Made by a program: the position numbers and the translations under genes. A stretch of DNA of 64,000 nucleotides from Raillietiella orientalis. Lineage: Eukaryota. This document shows, piece by piece, positions 38,900-51,162 of the stretch. The notes under the pieces are model-generated. The model did not search any database, was not told the origin of the DNA, and saw nothing but the letters and a program-made list of their open reading frames with translations. The stretch spans positions 3,658,001 through 3,722,000 of the forward strand of contig JAYWIR010000001.1 in NCBI GenBank assembly GCA_036172245.1, written 5' to 3'. How positions within the stretch are numbered: the first letter of the stretch is position 1; each line of letters begins with the position of its first letter.

Positions 38900-39686
38900 C
38901 CTGTGGGGCACCTTGCACGGTGTCATAATATAAACGAACAAGCAGTGTCCGCCGTCGAGGAGGCAACGGCGGCAACGGAGGCCCCCCGGATACTCCAGCA
39001 TCCTGGTATTGCCGTGCCGCCACGTTCACGTGGTTCCTTCCCTGTGCGCAGACGCCACCGTGTTCCCGCCTCGTTGGAAACGGGATGTCCCGCTGTTTCT
39101 GCATCCAGGATTCAAGGACGACCGGCGCAGGCACCGGTTTCCGGAGAGGAGCTGCCTCCCCGAGATGTTCCCAATGCAGGACGATGGGATCATTTCCTCA
39201 CTTCCTTTTGGGCTGCCCTGGAAGACGTGTGGCGGAAACTCGTATGGGTAGTCCGCCACCGGACGGCTGCAGCGCTTCTCCGCGCAAGGCGGGCTGGAAA
39301 CGGGTGCTGGAATCGCAGCGGTCTGTTGCATCCGTGCCACCGTCGTGACAGTCCGCTACGTGGCGGAGTCTCCTTCGCAGCGAAGGGAGGCTGCCCGCCA
39401 GCATGGCAGCCGCCTTCGTGAGGGCGGCTGCAAGGTGGCCTCATCTGCCAGAAGAAGTCGTCGAGATCGCCTCCGTGCAGAGCTGGAATTAGGAAACAAG
39501 AAACGTGCTGTACCTAAGACCCTTGTCCCGTCCCTCCTGTATTTTATTTATTTATTTATTGTCCCTTTCCTACTTTTTTAGAAGCCGACCTGAGTGACGT
39601 GGTCACCCCTAATCAACTTTTTCTTTTTTTGGCATCTCTTGTGGTTTATTTATGGAATAAACGTCCCAGAGTCACCAGGTAAAAAT
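38900..39686 (+). mobile_element. Degenerate LINE 3' portion (same family)
   Basis: SPRCSQCRTMGSFPHFLLGCP zinc motif near 39155-39220, a T-rich UTR, and terminal AATAAACGTCCCAGAGTCACCAGGTAAAAA. The GC-rich 38290-38900 segment may belong to the same element. Confidence 0.6.
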
Positions 39687-39820
39687 CCTGCCACACTCAG
39701 AGGAGGAATGAGGGAATCAAGTCCTGCAGAATTATAGAGGGAAGTTGAGCTCGAGCAATCATCGGTACTGAACACTGATGTGATTTTTTACTTTCCGGAG
39801 TGTACACATTCGGTACGACA

Positions 39821-40226
39821 AGGCTTGATGCTGGTGGTGCATTGGATCTGCATCCTCAGGCAACATTCGAAGAGGAACAAAATGGAAATTAGAAAGGATA
39901 AAGGAGGGAAAAAAATGCTCAGGAAATTCTTAGAGGATTTCGTGGAGCAGAGAAAGAGCAAGCGGTTTCCAGTAATCAATAGGCATGAGGTGATGCAATG
40001 TGGACTCCCATCTTCCATTTAAAGAAGTCCAAATCTCTTGAAACGCGTTTACCAAGATGCTCTTTGGGCCCGTTGATTATTGGAAATAGGAGGTCCTTCC
40101 GCTGCTCCACGAAATCTTGTAATAATTTCCTGAGCATTTTCCCCCCTCCTTTATCCTTTCTAATTTCCATTTTGTTCCTCTTCGGATGTTGGCTGAGGAT
40201 GTGCTGCATGGCCAGCATTCAAGCCT
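39821..40226. repeat. Inverted duplication: ~155-bp arms, ~90-bp spacer
   Basis: Both arms contain CGAAGAGGAACAAAATGGAAATTAGAAAGGATAAAGGAGGG..AAAATGCTCAGGAAATT..GATTTCGTGGAGCAG, on opposite strands. Confidence 0.9.
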
Positions 40227-43200
40227 CCGCAGAGTCTTTTTTCACATGGGCATTCAGTCTGAATGGTGCGAAACTGATCCATGCGGGTCAGATGATGGAT
40301 GTAGATCATTTGCACTCAAAGAGAACGGACAGAAGCGAGAAAACTCCCGGACCTTCCCACAAGGAGCGGGAAGACTCTCGGTGGAACCCTTTGATGCCTC
40401 GGGTTTCGCTCTTTCAGGGCAGTGATCCTTTCCAATCGTTGCCTTGTTTCGTCTAAGACGCCTTGGGACAAAACTTTTCGACCGAGGCTCCAGGAGTGCA
40501 ATGTCCCCACGTGTAGGCAGATATTTACATTCCGAGGGGTTCTTGATAACGTTTATCCTCTGAATGAAGCGATCCCCAAGTTGCCGCCAATGGGAAAATT
40601 AACGAGGAACGTTCTTACCCTTTCACGCGATTTCCCTTTTCCAAAGACGCTGCTCCGGAATTCAACCCCGAAACTCTTTGTCGAAATTCGATTTCATCTG
40701 CATCCCAATCAAACCACGGAGGCTCTTATGAGCGAGTTCACTACCCATGGAGATGGAGGGAAATGCAGAAAGGCTAGATCGATGATTTGTAGACTCGAAG
40801 GCGCGTTTTGTTTTATTTTTGATTCTCAGTACGCGCGTTTTGGAGATTTTTCTCAGCCACGTTGGTTCGTTCCCCGAGGGCGGTACGTAGCGAATTGATT
40901 CCTGGGGATTCGTGTGACCTTTCCTCTACCGATTCGTGCACTCCGCCACGGGGTCCATACTCCCGGAGGAGAATCCCTAAGTCATAAGGCGTGTTCGGCG
41001 GAAGAAGATTCACCTCCACCTTCGGACAGGATCCTCCAGGCACTTTGCCTGGTTTTTCGAGGGCTCTGAGTTTCGTCCTGCTAGGCTAATATTTCCATTT
41101 AGTCATTCGGGGGGTTGTCACACAAATTGTGACATCTGGTTCTTATTGTTCCTCAATTCGTTGTCTTCCGCTTCTGATCCTTTGGTTCCAGATGACAAAT
41201 TCCTCTCTTACTGTGTGGAACCTTCTCGAAATGAGATTTATTCTTGCAATCACGGGAATCGCAAGTACATCTGCTCCTTGCATTTTGTTATTCTGTTTCG
41301 ATGACTTCATGATTAATCATTTCGCAAGCATTCATTATTAGCCAGTTACTTCTCGAACGTTTTTCTTTACATTTTTTAGATTTTTTCTTTGATTTTTTTT
41401 AAAAATTATGAGTCAAATTCTGCAGCTTGTTGTATGATCAACATCGTGGAAGAAACGGTCACGATGCTCTTTATCTAAAAAATATCTCACCGTGTATTGA
41501 GACCAGACATTTCGACAGCACTAAGGTTTCCTCAGGCAGCTAACAGTTACATTGCAATTTCAGTGTAAAGTAATGGAACTGTAAAGGCACTTCCAGACTT
41601 ATAAGTGAGTTGGGACTTGACCAAGACTGCATCTTTAGTGATCATGAATTCTCGTAGCTGACGAGACGAATCGTGTGCTGGAAACATGGATGCAAGAGAC
41701 AAAGCACAAGGCCATCTGAGGTGTTGAAATAGCTCGGACATTCAAACACTTCAGGCGAATCTGAATTTCTGCGAATCTGGTCAGATTTGTTGAGATGCTT
41801 GAACTGACATTGCGTTCCCTAGCGACGATAGCAGCAAGGCAGGTGTGACAGATCAATTCTTTACTCAGTGCTCAGGAAGCAATTCATGTTGCAAACCCCA
41901 AACATTTGTAATGGGAGGCGTCATCCTGCACAAATGATTGAATTTCGGTGACTTTTACATTCGCCTAAGATGACCATTGAAATTTAGATGAGCTTCGTCG
42001 GTACAAAGTGATGAAACCAAATTTGGCCGAGCAAACATTCCTTTCACGATGACCACTGGAGATGACAAGCAAGATTGGAACCACCCTCGAAACACCGAGC
42101 ATGGGATGTGCTCAGCAGTAAAACTCAGGTTCGAGGCTGAATCCAGCAGGATACAGTCATATTAAGGTATGAGGCCGTTCGGATTGAAAAAATGGATTTT
42201 GGGAGTCGACACACCTCACAAAATGCTTCTCACGGAGGGAACAGTTGATCCTGGGATTACTCAAACTTGTTCTTGAGCGCCCATTAGCGATCCAGAGAAG
42301 GTAAGATGAATGATATCTTTGTGTCTCTCATTATGAGGTTCTTTAGAACCTTCCTTAGGAGACATCGTTTGCTATTGGAATGATCTTGGAGTCCCTGAAA
42401 GCATCAGCACCCTCATCTAATTACACGCACAAAAAAATGGACTTTGAGAAACCTTCTGACCACCAGTGAGTGATCTTTTGTTGCAGTCACAGCTGAACCT
42501 GTCTTTGCTCAAGTTACAGTCTACAGAAATCACACATTTTGATTTCCTTTTTTTCTTTTTCTAGCAAACTCGTCGTCGTCTCGGTAACTACTGGAAACTA
42601 TTAGGGTAGAATTGCGCTGCTCAGACCATGGAAGAAGCCTGTCAAAGTGCGCACCTGCATTCGTGCACACGTAGCAATGCCTGAAGCATTTCTGTCAAAG
42701 ATTTTCATGGCTTCTACGACAGACGACACGAAGGACTCCTACCACTAGGAAGATGTGCCCATTAGCTGCATCATGAGCAGCAACTGATTCTGTGCGTGAG
42801 ATGTTTGTGAGTCCGTTGCTCATGCCTTATCTTCATACATTTGCAGATGGGCAGGTGAAATCGTGGATCGATCAGGAAGAACTTCCAGATACAACGATAA
42901 ATGACGTACATAATATGTGGGTGCCCTCCTGTGTTTCCGTGCAAGTGTTCGAACGCAGAGAAAACCATAGGGTGAAGGAAAAATAACGAACGAGGGCGTC
43001 CTTGAAGTAGATTCGAGATGGTGCGAAAATAGATGGGGGCATCTCCGGGATTATAAGATGAATTCCAAAGATGTTTGGGCGGTAAAACAGCCTAAAAGCG
43101 GGGAATAGGGATGCGATTGTACGTTGGAGCCTCGATGCGAATTCGTCGGGCTCGGAGTCATTTCTTTTCCTCTCTACATATGTGGAAAAGACGGGCGGGC

Positions 43201-45950
43201 AGAAAATGCGTTTCTTGTGCTATTCGGGCGATTAAAGTTTTCTCTGCCACTCAGGACACAGGAAGGAGATGCACGCCGTGGAGATGAACTCATCATGGCG
43301 AATCTCCTCATGTTCTCGAGGTCTCAGTACCTTCTAGAGAATTCCATGCGAGAAGATATGCTTCACACAGAGTCTCCGATTGATTATCTTCCGGAACATG
43401 GAGTTCCGGCTCCCTGGAATCTCCACAGGGAGTGGTTCCTTCCGGGAGGGAAAAAATTATCAAGGAAGGACCCAGTGGAGCTTCTTGTGCCCAGCAAGCA
43501 AACACGGCGTTTCCTGGAAGGACTTAGTGGAATTCACTCTCTACCTGCTTGCTCGAGGTCTGGAGAAAAACCAAAAAAGAACTCACGGAGAGGATGCGGG
43601 GTGACGTCCCGAACGTTCAAGAGCATGCCTCCAGAGGTGTAGGCTCAAGGCTCTGCTGGGAAAGCAGGTGCCCTCGTCCCAGAGGCTGTCCTTTTGGTCT
43701 GTCAGGGTCTCGTTGCGCTGCCAACTCAGCGAGTCCGCATCACGGAAGAAGAAGGGGAAGGGAGGAGGGAGAAGAAAGCACAGAGCAGTGGAGCTCCGTT
43801 AGAACGCCTTTTCCCGGATGATTCTCCCAGCCCGCTGTTTCCGCCTCGGCGCTCCCGGTGTATCATCTCGAGCTTGCAGCTTGTTTTGGGAAGTCTGGAG
43901 TGTCCGGACAGAAACTGCCCATGCTATGGTCCGTGAAGACGCTCCCTTTCGGAAGGGAACGAAATGGGGAGCGGATACCTCTTCGGGAAGCGATCCGGGA
44001 TGTCAGAGGGGCGGGAGCGAAGGTAATCAGACGGGACCAGATCGGGCTCGTCAAGCATCGGATGTAGAGAGGAGGCTCTTGATCGAGAGAGTAAACTTCG
44101 CGAGTCATTTCCCGTGACTGCATTCTGCGAGCTGTTCGAGCAGCTGAAAAAGTGAGGAGGAACTCCAGTGGGAAGCAACAAGCAGCACGTGCCATCAGAA
44201 AGCAATTCACACGGTGGGAAAAGGGCAACCCGTTTCTTCATCGAAGAACGCTGCGTTCTTCTGCCAGCAAGGTCGAACCAATACGAGTGCGCAGTGTTTT
44301 GTGGGCACCCTAGTTGTTTGGAAGACGGTGTTACGAGACTCGACAGTGCATCCTCTGTAGATTTCCCACCCCCTTACGAGGCCGCCCTGACCTCTTCGTA
44401 GTCACGGGGCCTTTCCTTTCTTCCAGCCTGGACAGTGGCATGCACGTAAATGACTCTGGCATCAAGAGAAACCATGACACTGAGAGTGGAAGCCAGACCG
44501 TCGGATTGCCCGGTACGTGCTTCTCCTCACAGTTGCGCGTCAGCTCATCGTCAACTCCCCGGTTCCACCGCCTCTTGAATTTGTATACAGAGGTCAGGTG
44601 GGCGAAAGACAGGAGTACAGATCCAAAGGGGGGAGTTTGATGGGAAGGCCACCTCATCCTGGAATGTGTTTTGCGTGGATCGCAGCATCCGTTGCACCGG
44701 AGGCGTTGCACGCTGAACTATCAGATGTCCCAAGCACAAAGCCCCCTGCCCCCCCTTAATTAATAGCAACGACACATGATCGCATCCTTGCACCTGCTAT
44801 GCAAGATCCAACTGCGCAAAACACAGATGGCACGAAATTTCATAACTTAACTCGAACTGGTCCTCAGGTAGGAGGAGTAAGAGTAGGAGTCAGCTCTTAA
44901 ATCTGAAACGTCTTGAAGGTTTAATAAGCATGACAACTCCAGGAAGAAATGAACGGCGACATGGATTTCGGGATTTTCACGGTGTGGAACATGAGATGAA
45001 AGATGCCAGCATGATTCCACCTCGTGCTTGCAATAAATAATCAAGCTGAAACTAATAATGGTTGCAACCAATCAGTATCCATAGGAGCCGATGGCGTTTT
45101 TTTTTTTAAAAAAAACACCATCGGTTCCGTCTAAGAAGCTTTGACGACCGGATTGCGGTCAAAAGACCAAGCTCAGCACCCAGAAAGATGAATCGAGTCT
45201 CTCGGAATGCCCCGGGAAAACTTTAAGGTCCGGGAAGTGCTGACGGACGCCTTCCTCTACTTTCCCGAAAAACCGCTATTTCGCTGGTACAAAGGGGCCT
45301 CCCCCGAAACAAGGAGCGAGATTCACCCTTTCCCCCCAGCGAGGAAAAGTGCCCAAGGAATGTACCTACTGCGTGGTAGTGGACACATTTCCTCACGAAC
45401 TCTTTGAATGACGAAGGTTGCGTCAAAGATGACAGTGCACTGCTGAGCAACTCTAGTTCCTCGAAGTGTCACAGGACCTGCTTAAAAGGGATATCCAGTT
45501 CTCCAGGGCTCCCGGTTGCGTCCTCGCTAGAGATCTTTTTCCCCGTGAGAGCAGTGATGGACGGGCGAAACAGAGGAAGGGCTGTCATCCTACAGAGCCA
45601 TTCGCAGTAGGCTTCTCCTAAATGCGAAGGACAACAAAATGGCCCAATCTGAGCTGTGAGGTCTTTCGGCTGTCTGTGGTTGCTCTAAACCAAATCGTTG
45701 ATCTCAGTCCGCTTTTCCTCTCCTTCCTAACCTTTCCCTATGCAGGTCCTCGGGAACTGTATTCAGTGCCATGAGATCTGTCCATCCCATCCCGTGTTCA
45801 TTTATTGCTCCATTTCCCTCTAGCTCCACTCTCCAGTCGTGTCCCCAGCGAGAATGATCCGTTTGGTTTCGGGTCAGCATATGTCTGTCCCTCTCTACTT
45901 GTAAAAATCTTATTTATTTATGTAAGTGAATGGCTCAATAATCAGAATGA

Positions 45951-46430
45951 GGTCACGCTGGAGCGTTTATTGTAATCTTGAGCAAAAGAAAAACATGGAC
46001 ACGAAAGCAGAAGTGCAGAAACGGGACCCTACGGAAGTCTGAAGGGTTCTGGATGGGCTGGCGAGGAGACTGCTGACTTGGCAACGAGTTTCGCCTCGGA
46101 AGAGAAGAGGAAAGTGTACCAGATAAACAAATAAAGAACTTTGGTACATGACTTTTATTTACTAGGCGAAGGGAGGTGTGCCATTTGCAATCCCCTTGAG
46201 CTCCTCTGCAACCCGTGCAGGATGCTGGCAAGTTCCATCTGCAAATCCAGTAGGTGGAGCCATTTCGTTTGCTCTCCTCACGAAGGAGGTCATCGCAGTG
46301 ATAACTTCCATAGAAGCTCGCTGACGTGCAAATCCGTCTCCAAAGGCAGCTGCCGTTTCTAAGCATCAGTGAATGCAGGGTCCGTGTTCTCCAGGACAAC
46401 CATTCGAAGAATCCTTTGTATCCACCGTGC
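45951..46430 (-). mobile_element. Probable LINE 3' end (same terminal motif)
   Basis: Reverse strand T-rich tract followed by AATAAACGCTCCAGCGTGACC. The upstream coding remnant is not clearly recognisable. Confidence 0.4.
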
Positions 46431-47559
46431 ATTATTCATTGCAAAAAATCAATCCTGTCATCATGATCGAAGTGCACCCTGTAGCACGGGTAGTTGTGAT
46501 AGCTGCCTGCAGCCTCTCTGGCATTTGCTCGCGAGAGCCTTCTTTTCTATGGGATGGCTGGAGTGCTTACGGATGATGGATTCCACAGTCCCTATCTTTC
46601 CACATTGAAAAATGTGCTCTTCGTCTGCGTCGTAATGGGATGGCATTATTAATCACTGGAACTCTTATCGGTTTCTTAGAAGTACGCTCTCTTACTTGGC
46701 GTTAGCCAGAGTAGGTGTTTCAATGCACAGGCACTACGAAAGTGACCTCACCCAAGCCGGTAAAAGGAATGGCAACCTGGCAGGAACTGGAGCGCACTCA
46801 TTTCACCCATAGAGTTAAAAACTTTGAACACTGGTTCAGAAAAGCCCAGCCTAGGCGTGACCCCGACTGCAAAGACTAATGAGGATAGGAAAAAAAAGTC
46901 AGGAAGAACCAGCAAGAATCTACAGAAGGGGAAAACCCAAGTGGAAGCTTCGGGACTGTAGTCGAAGAACTTCCAGAATTCTCCCTATTTTCCCTATCCG
47001 TCGCGGTACTTCATGGTCGGTCGCCTCGAGTGAAACATGGAAGCTTCAGAAAAAAATCAGGAAGGAAGGGAATCCAATGATTGGAATCGATCAAGCCATT
47101 CTATAGGAGGAGGAAACCTCCAGGAAAGAGGGAGAGTACTCTACGCAATAAATCATAGGAGGAGCAACAGAAACCGCGTGACATCAACTCTGATTGCTTT
47201 TCTGATTTCTTTGTTCCTTTGGTTAAGACAATTTCATCACTTGTTGGTTTGAGACAAAGTCAGGAACACCCTGGGCTCTTTCAAGGAGTGCCGAGCATTG
47301 GGTGGGTGTCGGTAGATGCAGAAACGGCCACCCATGGAACTATGTGTTCCCCACAAACAGTCCTCATAGGAGGAGGAAGAAAGGAGGACAGGAGGAGGAG
47401 CAGGAGAAGAAGGGAGGAAAAAGAGGGAGATTGCGATCGTGGAACCTTTGTCCCCATTCTTCTGACCCATCATTTTTCATACTCCTCCGCCCGGGAGTTG
47501 ATCCGGTAGATCTCGTGAGCTCGCATCTCGTCGTGATTCCTTTATTTTTCTTCAGCTGC

Positions 47560-48770
47560 TCATGAAAGGCACGTAACACACGTGTGACAGGATCAGCACC
47601 GCTGCGTCCTTAACTGCCGAGATCACGGCCACTCGCCGCCCCGTCCGCTCCCTGTAAGCCTGGTTCGCTCGACTGCGCATCGTCCCTTCTTGCAGCACGG
47701 GACGACCGACACCATCGATCGTCAGGGTAACGTGAGGGTTGCGTCGCTGCCCTCCTTTCTGGCTCGCCGTGTAATTTTTCACCCCGACCAGGAAGTCATT
47801 GCTGCGGGAAGGAAGGATGACTTCGTTCGCTCTCTCCTCGTCGCTGGGTTCCACCTCCTCTTCGTCAGAGCACCTCTCCTCGCCACCGCCGGTTTCCTCC
47901 GCCTCCAAAGCCGCCGCGACCTCCTCCCTCTTGGACAGGACTTGCTGTTGCCGAACTTTCTGGAAGTCGCGGGTCAGGACTCTGGTTCCGGCTCTGGAGG
48001 AGATCACGCACTCGTAGACACCGTGGACCGGTTCCTCCACGTCCAAGAAGTTCTCGTACGAGCACGAGCTCAGCTGGAAGACGAGAAGAGTGGGATAGCC
48101 CACGGAGTCAATCTTTCCAAAGGGAACTTTTCAATATGGTACGGAAGATGGATCGGGTAGACACTCGAGGACACTGGAGAGGGGTGCGGTTTTCCAGAGG
48201 GGAGAGGTCGACGATTGCCTGAACCTCTGTCTTTCCTCACGCGTTTACCTTTCTGGTGAAGGACTCCTGTTTTTCGATTCTGTGGGACAGTGGACTTTCC
48301 TGCTTCCTCCACTGGAACGTCAAGGACGAGGATCCAAACGCCATGCAGGAGAGCCTCCGCATAGTCCTGTTGCCGAGGTAGACCATGGATTCATTGATGT
48401 AAGCGCCGTATCTCGCACCTTGGAATACAATAAAGTCTGCTCCACTCGGGGATGAGGAGCTTGGCTGGACATATGATAACCCACATATCAAGAAGGCATG
48501 CAAGACCGCGCGAGCTCACGTCGGGGCAGGCGGTAGCTTCCGTAGGAGGGCAGCACTTGCGCTGCAATGAGACTGCAGTCTCCCCTGGAGGTAGCTTCCT
48601 GTTCCCTCGGTGGTGACTGTTTTGCGCTCCAGATCCAGACAGAATCGACGTTCCCGTCCTCCGCTTTCTTGTGATCTGAATCAGCTGCTGCACCCATCTG
48701 ACTTTTCCCTTCGGAGGTCTTCGTTCTCTCTCAACCTTCTTCAGCCCCTTCTGCCTGGTTACTATCATTT
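47560..48770 (-). mobile_element. Probable Tigger/pogo (CENP-B-like) transposase remnant with an internal deletion
   Basis: ORF 47552-48103 has SYENFLDVEE followed by an acidic run (SDEEEVEPSDEE..LPS), like Tigger C-termini. Upstream pieces RKRRTG/NVDSVWIW, FQGARYG and YINESMVYLGNRT resemble the CENP-B HTH and N-x-DETGL motifs. Confidence 0.4.
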
Positions 48771-50874
48771 GTCATTTCTCAAATCTGTACGGATCTTCCA
48801 GATGCAAATCCACGCGCTAGTCAAATGCCCTGAATGAGGCTACTACGGACGCTCGTAGCGTGCACGGTCCTCTTGCTGATTGATCAATGATTTCGGAATT
48901 GAACCAAAGCAGATAATAAGCGGTGCTCGCAAAAAAACGAGATGAGCTGCAATGAAGAAATTGAGGTCTTCAGTTTGCACCTTCGATGATCTGCAATCTC
49001 AAGTCACGCAAAGTGTCATGGAGGACCCATTTGTAATCGTGCGTGAGATTCTTCCTGCAAATTCAGAAGCGCCAGAGTGCGGATGTGCTTAAACCCTTCT
49101 GGTGAAAGACTCCACAGCACAACGGTAGGCCAGCCATGACGAATTGATACTTTCCAAACGGAAGATGATGATGGACGGAGGTTCTTTCGACTTGCTCGAG
49201 TCCTCACGAAGACTCTTCAGATCCCAATTCACCACTGATTTTTCAGCAGCGAGCTGCTTCAGGTCCACAGGAGGAAAAAATTTTGTTCTACCCTTGCTTT
49301 GCAGACAGGAGCCTCTTGGAAGACTTTTTTTGGACTCATTGTCATTACCAAAGAATGGTCCTTGTAATTCGATGCAGACGACAGCGCTTGCTGGTTTACT
49401 TTCTGCTCCAAAAAGCGATTTCTTGGCAGCTGTTGGCGAAAGGCGAGCAAGAAACTACATGGGCTGAAGGGGGGCAGCTACAAGGTCATTTAAAATCACG
49501 AATCTCTCCAGAGAGCAGAGGTCGCCGCAGAAGCTTTTCGGCTTGGCTTGCTGATTCTCGTCTGCTGATTCTTCCGCGACATTCGAATCCAGTGCTTCTC
49601 CACATCTTGTTCACACTCCCTCGTCCGTTCCTGCATAAGAACATTCATTTCCATCAACATCTGAGCAGCTGGCGGTGCAGCCTAAGGGCGGTTTCAGGAC
49701 TCAGGTTCTTGCTTGTCGATAGGAATGTTCCAAGGCACAGAGTTTTTTGACGGTGGCAATTTTCCAGCTCACCTCAGTCACACACTCAAGCCTCCAGTAT
49801 ACCCAGAAGTGTCGTTTCGATTTCCATTCGCAGCACGGATGTCTTCTCATTCATCTCCAACGGCGTATTCCGTCAGCAAGCCCAAACTAAGCTGATTCCT
49901 CACTGCGGTAGTTCCGGAGGTGGCAGCTGCCAGGTTTTGGTCATTGCCGATCCTCCTGCGGTGTAGTTTTTCTTCATCTCGTTTCCTTCCAGTTTTCGCT
50001 TCGATTCGTCAATCGGAAGAATGGGAAATTCGACGTGCCACGGTGTTGGTCCATCCGAATGCATTTTGAACGACCATCACCCTCTGAGTAATCAAAGAAA
50101 AGTGGAGGATGGTGCGCCCGTGCACCTCTTGAGAAGAAAAAATTCGTAGTTTCCTAGCGCGGAGAGGTTGCCGATGATGCCATGTGCACCCAGATGCAAC
50201 TGAGCGAACATTCTGCATCCACCGAGGCAAAGCGAGCTGGAGCCGGGGAGTGTCTTAGAGAGGTTTTCAGATTTTTTCAATTAGCCACGCCGGTCTGAGG
50301 TCAGCGATCGAAAGTTCACCAGTTGAGAACCTTGTTTATCCCATTACCAGGATTTCGAAACGCAAAAGGGCTTCCGGAAGATTCCAAGGAAAATGCTGAG
50401 CGTTGGCATCCGAATCTAGATGTCTGCCTTCCGGATGCTGGCGGATATAACGGTTGACGCCATCCAGCTTGATCCATCAAGGCGACCAGCACTAAGAGGT
50501 AGAAGAGCAGTCCAGAAGGCAGAGGCGGCTATACACCGTCCCTCTCAGCAAAACGGCGGAAGTTTCCAACGGAGATGAACGGGATGAGTTCGGTTCCGTT
50601 CTCACCTGGCTTCTGATGCTGTACATGGCATGCGGATGCACTCCATAATTTCGGTCGAATCAGAGGAGTGAGAAACAATGGACCGCTATCATTTTTGAAG
50701 TGGGGATTCAGCTGGGAACATGGATTCGCCCATCGGACTGGAGTAAGCAAAGCTGTCGTTCTTGACGCGTACTGTCAGGCAAGCAAAAAACCACCCCGCA
50801 GGCGAATACAAGCGAACGAGTTAGCTCCATCGAACCAAGGCGCCATCCCTTCGAAAATCTCATGCTCAACCTAC

Positions 50875-51162
50875 CCTTGATCAGGATTTGGAATTCCACC
50901 CGGCTTGTCCCGACAGAATTCGTCGCTTCGCACGCGTAGAATCCACTGTGCTGCCTGCTGATCTTGAAAAAGTTCAGTACCGGTCCGTTTGTCGTCAAGC
51001 CGGCTGGAATGGCTTCAGCAATAAATTGATTCAAGGGAATTTTATTCCTGCTCCACGAAAACGCCAACTGATCTGGGTTTGCTTTCACATTCAGTTCTAG
51101 AACAGCTCGTGTATTTTCCATTAACTTAACAATAGATGGAGGGTTAATAAATAGAGGCCTGA
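50875..51162 (-). CDS. Next coding exon (288 nt, phase 1/1) of the nephrin/Sns/Hibris-like gene; Ig domain lacking the first canonical Cys
   Basis: Acceptor tgtttcag, donor G|GTAGGT. Splices in frame to the 54719-55018 exon (..HVL-F-RPLF..). Translation RPLFINPPSIVKLMENTRAVLELNVKANPDQLAFSWSRN...GPVLNFFKISRQHSGFYACEATNSVGTSRVEFQILIK has G-x-Y-x-C-x-A-x-N-x2-G and ANP without an upstream Cys, as in the equivalent Sns/nephrin domain. Confidence 0.9.

Noticed and set aside
41490-41580. Minus-strand segment with AG and GTGAG splice-like ends
   Set aside because: Stop codons in all three frames.
45088-45125. T-run/A-run palindromes (also ~13140 and ~58060)
   Set aside because: Low-complexity homopolymer juxtapositions; no further evidence of function.
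50009-50280. SGCTWHHRQ resembling the MULE transposase C-x-x-H motif
   Set aside because: Single short motif with no supporting flanking motifs.
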